A stretch of 64,000 nt of DNA from Candidatus Eiseniibacteriota bacterium (lineage in GTDB: Bacteria; Eisenbacteria; RBG-16-71-46; SZUA-252), in assembly GCA_038060295.1 (NCBI GenBank), contig JBBTHR010000011.1, positions 6,610-70,609 of the forward strand, in the 5' to 3' direction. Shown one piece after another: positions 58,917 through 64,000 of this stretch. How positions within the stretch are numbered: position 1 is the stretch's first letter; each line of letters opens with the position of its first letter. The notes beneath the pieces are model-generated. The model saw only the letters and a list, made by a program, of their open reading frames with translations, searched no databases and was not told where the DNA came from. The translations under genes were made by a program, and so were the position numbers.

Positions 58917-60602
58917 ATGACGCCTCCTCAGGCGGAGCCCGCGCCGCGCGCGAAGATCCTGGTGGTGGACGACGAGGATCAGGTCGTCCAGATCTTCCAG
59001 GACCTTCTGACGCAGCAAGGGTACGAGGTCGTGTCGTGCGGGAACGGCGACGACGCCATCGCGAGGGTCACGACCGAGAAGTTCGACCTGGTCCTGACCG
59101 ACATCAATCTTCCGGGGACGGACGGTCTGGAGGTGGTCCGCGCGGCGAAGGCGGCCGACAAGGACACCTGCGTCATCCTGATCACCGGCTACGCCTCCAC
59201 GACGACCGCCATCGACGCGCTCCGCCAGGGAGCCTACGACTACATCACGAAGCCGTTCGACCTCTGGGAGACGGCCAAGGCGATCGAGCGCGGCCTCGAG
59301 AGCCGCATGCTGGCGCGCGAGAACCGCCGCCTTCTCCACGAACTCGGCCTGGCGAACGCCGGGCTTCAGGAGCACGAGTTCATCCTGCGCCGGAAGGTCC
59401 AGCAGGCGACGCACAGCATGGCGGCGCTCCTGGAAGCGGGGAAGGCGATCAGCCAGAGCCTGAGCCTCCAGAGCACCTGCTCGGTGGTGGTGGCGCAGGC
59501 GGCGCGTCTGGCCGGCGCGAAGTCGTGCATCGTGTTTCTCTTGGACGCCGCGTCCGACGAGTTCGTGGCGGAGTCGATGATGGGGGTCGATCCCGAACTG
59601 AAAGAAAGGCTCCGATTCCAGACGGGAATTGGCCATCACGGGCAGGCCGTCAACTCGTGCGAGCCGAAGATGACGGAGAATCTATTGGAGCAAGTGGGGA
59701 CCGAGGACGTGCTCTCCCTGCTCCAGGCGGATAACGCGCTGATCGTCCCGCTCATGTCGAGCGAGGGGGCCATCGGCGCGATCACGGTGCTCGACCACGC
59801 CGGCGGGTTCACGGTCGAGGAGCAAGACGTCCTATCGATGCTGGCCAGCCAGGCGGCCATCGCCATCGCGAACGCCAAGCTCTACGAGCAGACGAAGGAG
59901 CTCGACCGCCTGAAGTCGGAGTTCGTGGCGGTCGTGTCGCACGAGGTGCGGACGCCCCTCACGTCGATCAAGGGCTCGCTGGAATTGTTGAGCGACGACC
60001 GCTTTTATCGGATGCCGGATCCACAAAAGGAATTGCTCGGGATCTGCCAGGCGAACACGGAGCGGCTGATCACGCTTATCAACGACATCCTCGACTTCTC
60101 GAAGCTGGAGGCGTCGAAGCTTCCGATGACGATGGAGGTCGTCGACCTTCGCCACGTGCTGAGCGAGGCGGTGGAGAACATCCGGAGTCTCGCCGGCATG
60201 AAACAGGTCGAGATCGAACTTCGGGTGGACGACTCGGCCGGCTCCGTGGACGCCGACGCCATGCGGATCGGGCAGGTGATCACGAACCTCGTGGGGAACG
60301 CGATCAAGTTCTCGCCCGAGAGGGGCCGCGTGGAGATTTTCGCGGGCGGCGACGAGAGTCTGGTGACCGTGTCGGTGAAGGACTACGGACGCGGCATCGC
60401 CCCGCGCGATCTGAATCGGTTGTTCCAGCGCTTCGCCCAGTTGGACAGCTCCACCACCCGGAAGGCGGGCGGGACCGGGCTGGGGCTCGTCATCTCCAAG
60501 GGGATCGTGGAACAGCACGGCGGGAAGATCTGGGTGGAGTCGGTCCTGGAGCAGGGGTCGACGTTCTCGTTTTCTCTGCCGCGGCGGGCGCCGGGGGCGT
60601 AG
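58917..60602 (+). CDS. hybrid REC-GAF-histidine kinase
   Basis: ORF 57513..60602 trimmed to ATG 58917; in-frame GTG 58890 is an alternative start. REC motif is 'ILVVDDE...DLVLTDINLPGTDG...YDYITKPF'. A GAF region follows. H-box is 'VVSHEVRTPLTSI', and the ATPase motifs are 'ITNLVGNAIKFSP', 'VKDYGRGI' and 'GGTGLGLVISKGIVEQHGG'. Confidence 0.85.
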   Translation: MTPPQAEPAPRAKILVVDDEDQVVQIFQDLLTQQGYEVVSCGNGDDAIARVTTEKFDLVLTDINLPGTDGLEVVRAAKAADKDTCVILITGYASTTTAIDALRQGAYDYITKPFDLWETAKAIERGLESRMLARENRRLLHELGLANAGLQEHEFILRRKVQQATHSMAALLEAGKAISQSLSLQSTCSVVVAQAARLAGAKSCIVFLLDAASDEFVAESMMGVDPELKERLRFQTGIGHHGQAVNSCEPKMTENLLEQVGTEDVLSLLQADNALIVPLMSSEGAIGAITVLDHAGGFTVEEQDVLSMLASQAAIAIANAKLYEQTKELDRLKSEFVAVVSHEVRTPLTSIKGSLELLSDDRFYRMPDPQKELLGICQANTERLITLINDILDFSKLEASKLPMTMEVVDLRHVLSEAVENIRSLAGMKQVEIELRVDDSAGSVDADAMRIGQVITNLVGNAIKFSPERGRVEIFAGGDESLVTVSVKDYGRGIAPRDLNRLFQRFAQLDSSTTRKAGGTGLGLVISKGIVEQHGGKIWVESVLEQGSTFSFSLPRRAPGA

Positions 60603-60811
60603 GAGGGGGGGGTGGGGCGAGGGCGGCTCCAAGAGGACCATCTCACTTTTCCGGCGCATGATCGTAACGATCCAATAGATCATCGAATTCGTGACTTTCT
60701 GGCCTGTCACAGTAACAAGTCCGCCAACATGACCCTCACCCCCCCGGCTCCGACTCTCCCCGATCGCGCGCCCTTTCGGTGTGACCTCCAACCAGCGTAA
60801 GATGCCCCCAC

Positions 60812-61912
60812 ATGAAAACCGTGCTCTCGGTCTTCGGGACGCGTCCCGAGGCGATCAAGATGGCGCCCGTTCTCCAGCGGCTTGCCGCAGAGAAGGGGAT
60901 CCGCTCGCTCGTATGCGTCACCGCGCAGCACCGGGAGATGCTCGACCAGGTGCTCCGCCTCTTCTCCATCCGCCCCGATCACGACCTCGACCTGATGCGT
61001 GAAGGGCAGACGCTAACGCAGATCACCGCCGGCGCGCTGACGTTGCTGGAACCCTACCTGCGCGAGGTGAAGCCCGATCTCCTTCTGGTGCAGGGCGACA
61101 CCACGACCACCATGGCCGCTTCGCTGGCTGCGTTCTACGCGCGGGTGCCGGTGGCGCACGTGGAGGCGGGGCTTCGGACCGGCGACCCGGCGTATCCCTA
61201 TCCCGAGGAGATCAATCGCCGCGTCACCTCCGTGATCGCCGCGCATCACTTCGCGCCGACGGAGCGGGCGCGGAGGAATCTGCTCGCGGAGGGCGTGGCC
61301 GAGGGGGCGATCTCCGTGACGGGGAACACCGTCATCGATGCGCTCCTCCAGACCGTCAAGACGCCGGGGCCGCTTCCGCCTTTTCTGCGCCGGGGGACGC
61401 GGCTCGTTCTCGTCACCGCGCATCGCCGGGAGAACTTCGGCGCGCCGCTCCAGGAGATACTCGCGGCGCTCGGTGAGATCGCCGCGCGCTGGAAGGACGT
61501 CGACATCGTCTACCCCGTGCACCGTAATCCCCAGGTGGACGGCCCCGCGCGGGCCGCGCTCGGGAAGACGCCGGGGGTGCATCTGCTGGGGCCGGTCGAC
61601 TACAAGACCTTCTGCGATCTCATGAGCGCCTCGACGTTGATCCTCACCGACTCCGGCGGGATTCAGGAGGAGGCGCCGTCGCTGGGCGTTCCGGTGCTGG
61701 TATTGCGCGACGAGACCGAGCGGCCGGAGGCGGTGGAGGCCGGCGTGGTCCGCCTGGTGGGGCCGCACCGGAAGGCGATCGTGGAGAACACCGTGGAGCT
61801 GCTGGAGAATCCGAAGGCGTACGCCGCCATGGCGACGCGCGTGAATCCCTACGGCGACGGGCACGCCTCGGAGCGGATCGTGGCGAAGGTGAAGGAGTTG
61901 TTGGGCGTGTAG
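60812..61912 (+). CDS. wecB: UDP-N-acetylglucosamine 2-epimerase (non-hydrolysing)
   Basis: 366-aa ORF. Motifs are 'VFGTRPEAIKMAPV', 'VCVTAQHREMLDQVL', 'QGDTTTTMAASLAAFY..VPVAHVEAGLRT', 'DSGGIQEEAPSLGVPVLVLRDETERPE' and 'NPYGDGHASERI'. Confidence 0.9.
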   Translation: MKTVLSVFGTRPEAIKMAPVLQRLAAEKGIRSLVCVTAQHREMLDQVLRLFSIRPDHDLDLMREGQTLTQITAGALTLLEPYLREVKPDLLLVQGDTTTTMAASLAAFYARVPVAHVEAGLRTGDPAYPYPEEINRRVTSVIAAHHFAPTERARRNLLAEGVAEGAISVTGNTVIDALLQTVKTPGPLPPFLRRGTRLVLVTAHRRENFGAPLQEILAALGEIAARWKDVDIVYPVHRNPQVDGPARAALGKTPGVHLLGPVDYKTFCDLMSASTLILTDSGGIQEEAPSLGVPVLVLRDETERPEAVEAGVVRLVGPHRKAIVENTVELLENPKAYAAMATRVNPYGDGHASERIVAKVKELLGV

Positions 61913-62201
61913 GGAGCGCCGTAGACCCGAAAGGAGCCGACATCTAGTTCGGCCACGTGGATGGAAACTGCTCCTTCGAGAGCCTCATGGCCCATCACGG
62001 ACTCTCGAAGGACCCTGGGCTCCACCGCCTCGGTGGAACGAACCGCGGACGTGCTGGTGGAGGCGGCGCGAAAGTTTTTCAGTAGCAACGAACGACCCCC
62101 GCAGGTGCTTCTCCTCGGCCTGACCCCGACGCGCAAGCTCAATTTGGACAATGGCTTTCAAGGCGACGGTCCGCGAGGGAGAGCACGCGAGGGAGAGGAA
62201 C

Positions 62202-62231
62202 TTGACAATATATCAAGTATTGACTTACAAT
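62202..62231 (+). promoter_or_regulatory. sigma-70-type promoter with an overlapping short palindrome, upstream of the MqsA-like gene
   Basis: TTGACA (62202-62207), an 18-nt spacer, then TACAAT (62226-62231). The inverted repeat CTTGA (62201-62205) / TCAAG (62213-62217) overlaps the -35. The segment is locally AT-rich in an otherwise GC-rich genome. Confidence 0.45.
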
Positions 62232-62353
62232 GGCCGATGAATTCGTAGAGCCCCTGAAGCCGGATCAAGCCAGGATTCTCATCCGCGAGGTTCGTTGTTG
62301 TTACGGCCTGGAGAAAGATCCGGTAACCCGCGTGGGTGGAGGCAAATCGATCG

Positions 62354-62842
62354 ATGAACTGCATCGAATGCGGCGTCGCCATGACGACGCGCCTGGAAAA
62401 CTACAAGTACGAAGCATGCGGGCTACGCTATGTCACCCTAAAGGGCATCGAAGTCAGCCGCTGTCCGGCATGCGGGAATTACGAGGTCGCGATCCCGCGC
62501 ATCGATGATCTCCATCGACTGATCGCCAAGTGCCTTGTCGAGAAGGTGACCAGATTCACGGGGATGGAGATTCGATTCCTACGGAAGTGCCTAGACCTCT
62601 CGGGGGCGAAGTTCGCAAGGCGCATGGGTGTCACCCTGGAGACGGTTTCTCGATGGGAGAATGATGTGGTACCCATCGGCACACAAGCTGACCGGCTTCT
62701 GCGGTTGCTGGTAGCACAAGGCAGGTTGGCGACGAGGTATCCAGCGGAAAAGCTCGACCTCATCAACTCGAGAGATGCGAGCGAAACCAGGCTCGGCGTG
62801 AAGATGGGGAGCAGGGCTTGGGCCGTGGAGACGTGCGCCTAG
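62354..62842 (+). CDS. MqsA-type (YgiT zinc-finger + XRE HTH) antitoxin-like transcriptional regulator
   Basis: ORF 62336..62842 trimmed to ATG 62354. The zinc ribbon is 'MNCIECGVAMTTRLENYKYEACGLRYVTLKGIEVSRCPACGNYEV'. The HTH is 'FTGMEIRFLRKCLDLSGAKFARRMGVTLETVSRWENDVVPIGTQADRLLRLL'. Confidence 0.7.
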   Translation: MNCIECGVAMTTRLENYKYEACGLRYVTLKGIEVSRCPACGNYEVAIPRIDDLHRLIAKCLVEKVTRFTGMEIRFLRKCLDLSGAKFARRMGVTLETVSRWENDVVPIGTQADRLLRLLVAQGRLATRYPAEKLDLINSRDASETRLGVKMGSRAWAVETCA

Positions 62843-62855
62843 CCGGGGCGGTGCC

Positions 62856-63632
62856 TCAGGACCGTTTGCCGGGCGTGAACTTCTTCTCCACGCATCGCAG
62901 CTGCTCCAGCCCGAATTGCGCGTCTTCCTTCCGCTCCGGATCGGCGGCGCCGGTGTGCTCGAAGGCGCGGCAGGCGCGTTCGTAGTCGCGGCGACCCTCG
63001 TCCTCGCCCATCAGCCAGCGCGCGATGCCGGCGTAGCCGTGGTAGAGGATGACGCCGAAATTTCCCTCCGGCTCCACCCCGGCGCCGTGGTGTCCCTTCG
63101 TGGTGCCGCGGGCCAGTTTCTCCGCCGTGACGAAGGCGCCGTACGACTCGATCAGGTTCCCGAGCGAGAGGTGGTGCATTCCGGAGGCCCAGTAGGCCAT
63201 GCCGCGCCGATCGGGCGGCTTTCCGAGTTCCCAGCGCCAGCGGATGCAGTCCTCGGCGGCGCGGAGGCCGATTTCGAAGTGGTGCGTCTCGCGGGGAGCA
63301 GGATCGTCGGGCCAGCAGTCGGCCAGCGCCGCCGACAAATTGTAGGAAAGGACATTCGCGGCGTCGGCCCAGGTCGAGGCCGTTTCGCCGTCGCCCGCCT
63401 GGTTGGCCAGCGTCATCGAGTCGTCGATTCCCGCCTGCGCCACGTCGATCAGGAATTCGAAATTCCGAAGCGGCGATTCGCGGTCGTCCAGCCGGCGCAA
63501 CGCGAGCCGCCAGAGCGAGCGCCGCGTATCGGGGTCGCGCTCGAAGACGAGCCGCGCCAACTCCCGCGCGCCGCCCCGCGCCGTCGCCTCCTGCAGCAGA
63601 CCCCACTCCAGCTCTTCGTCGATGCCGGTCAT
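62856..63632 (-). CDS. hypothetical all-helical protein
   Basis: 258-aa ORF, convergent with the MqsA-like gene (13 nt between stops). It lies upstream of, and on the same strand as, the DegT-family gene. I recognise no family. Confidence 0.5.
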   Translation of the reverse strand: MTGIDEELEWGLLQEATARGGARELARLVFERDPDTRRSLWRLALRRLDDRESPLRNFEFLIDVAQAGIDDSMTLANQAGDGETASTWADAANVLSYNLSAALADCWPDDPAPRETHHFEIGLRAAEDCIRWRWELGKPPDRRGMAYWASGMHHLSLGNLIESYGAFVTAEKLARGTTKGHHGAGVEPEGNFGVILYHGYAGIARWLMGEDEGRRDYERACRAFEHTGAADPERKEDAQFGLEQLRCVEKKFTPGKRS

Positions 63633-63644
63633 CGCCGCCCCTCG

Positions 63645-64000
63645 CTATTCATGACCCATCATGTGAAAGCGGACCCGCGCGATCACGCGGGTCACATCGG
63701 CCTCGCTCATGTCGGGCCAGATGGGGAGCGACAAGGTCCCCGCGAAGATCGCTTCCGCGACGGGGAACTGGCCCGGCTCCACTCCTAGCCGCTCCTGATA
63801 CCAGGGGAAGAGGTGGAGCGGTTTGAAGTGGACGCTGCTGCCGATGCCGTCCTCGCGTAGCGCCATCGCGAGCGCATTACGATCGCGGCGCGCTCCCGCG
63901 GCGATCGAGACGTCGATCTGGTAGAGATGCCACGCGTGGCGCATCCCCGGCAGCACGGTCGGGGGCGTCAGTCCCGGCACGCCGGCCAATCCAGCCGTGT
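63645..64000 (-). CDS. DegT/DnrJ/EryC1/StrS family aminotransferase, C-terminal part (gene runs off the right edge)
   Basis: The minus frame is open to base 64000. 'HAWHLYQIDV...RDRNALAMALREDGIGSSVHFKPLHLFPWYQERLG...FPVAEAIFAGTLSLPIWPDMSEADVTRVI' is the typical C-terminal pattern of the family. Confidence 0.75.
   Translation of the reverse strand, partial: TAGLAGVPGLTPPTVLPGMRHAWHLYQIDVSIAAGARRDRNALAMALREDGIGSSVHFKPLHLFPWYQERLGVEPGQFPVAEAIFAGTLSLPIWPDMSEADVTRVIARVRFHMMGHE

Noticed and set aside
61961-62248. A 95-aa ORF after wecB, considered as a real gene or as a wecC (UDP-sugar dehydrogenase) remnant.
   Set aside because: There is only a faint local resemblance ('QVLLLGLT...LDN'). It has no RBS and no N-terminal domain, and it reads through the downstream promoter. 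I kept it only as a hypothesis inside the MqsA-region finding.
62230-62508. A 92-aa ORF immediately upstream of, and overlapping, the MqsA-like gene, considered as the missing toxin.
   Set aside because: Its ATG lies inside the predicted -10 box (TACAATgg). It overlaps the antitoxin-like gene out of frame for 155 nt. Its sequence shows no MqsR/RelE/HigB-like features, and the other two frames are closed within a few codons.
1-64000. Dozens of long ORFs in the six-frame track that overlap the genes I called, on the opposite strand or in another frame. Examples are 283..1866(-), 882..3224(+), 4036..6366(-), 10909..12300(-), 16336..17622(+), 24329..26212(+), 27200..28498(-), 31499..33037(+), 37431..38894(-), 38845..41232(-), 39369..41411(+) and 54308..55603(-).
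   Set aside because: Their products are Arg/Gly/Pro/Ala-rich low-complexity strings with no family signatures. Each lies antisense to, or out of frame with, a gene that has clear conserved motifs. Stop-codon-poor shadow frames are expected at this G+C content.
1-64000. Search by eye for rRNA, tRNA, tmRNA, RNase P/SRP RNA and CRISPR repeat-spacer arrays.
   Set aside because: I saw none. Intergenic regions are short, and the only regular tandem repeats (4342-4458 and 4687-4821) are in-frame coding repeats without spacers. A tRNAscan/Infernal/CRISPR-finder run would be needed to be definitive.

Overview
This is a 64-kb, very G+C-rich, densely coding chromosomal window from a diderm (Gram-negative-type) bacterium. 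I saw no rRNA, tRNA or CRISPR array by eye. The high G+C fills the six-frame track with long Arg/Pro/Gly/Ala-rich shadow ORFs. I therefore called only frames that show family signatures, signal peptides, SD-like sites or tight operon coupling, and I trimmed many starts.

Content from left to right:
- A partial PAS sensor, a tryptophanase-family lyase, an OmpA/TSP3 outer-membrane protein, yqeY, an O-methyltransferase with a ~300-aa repeat-containing Arg/Pro/Ser N-terminal region, and mutM.
- A ~9-kb Cu/Ag-type efflux locus: cusCBA plus DUF2231-like, HMBD and cupredoxin accessory genes.
- pntAA-pntAB-pntB, a DinB-family protein, a membrane protein coupled to a small HTH protein, and rsgA.
- A TauE-DUF885-dehydrogenase-amidotransferase operon.
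- A histidine kinase and sigma-54 activator pair, followed by a near-consensus sigma-54 promoter and a secreted helical protein.
- An FHA-GAF-PP2C phosphatase, a TPR lipoprotein, a PEP-CTERM protein, an EF-G paralogue, an S8 protease, and yebC-ruvC-ruvA.
- A ~7.3-kb lower-G+C insertion that separates ruvA from ruvB. It holds a decayed IS5-family element and two large secreted proteins with the same C-terminal sorting-type domain as the S8 protease.
- queA, then a truncated flagellar-type cluster (FliN-like, FliO-like, FlhG, FliA) with two sigma-54-type promoters, followed by HDOD, GAF-degenerate-GGDEF and REC-GAF-histidine-kinase genes.
- wecB, an orphan MqsA-type regulator, and a partial DegT-family aminotransferase.

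The most noteworthy observations are the ruvA|ruvB island and its two uncharacterised cargo proteins, the gene-poor flagellar-type module wired to sigma-54, a Met/Gly-rich ~109-aa insertion in CusA, and the repeat-rich disordered extension on the methyltransferase. All family assignments come from motif recognition by eye. None has been confirmed by a database search.
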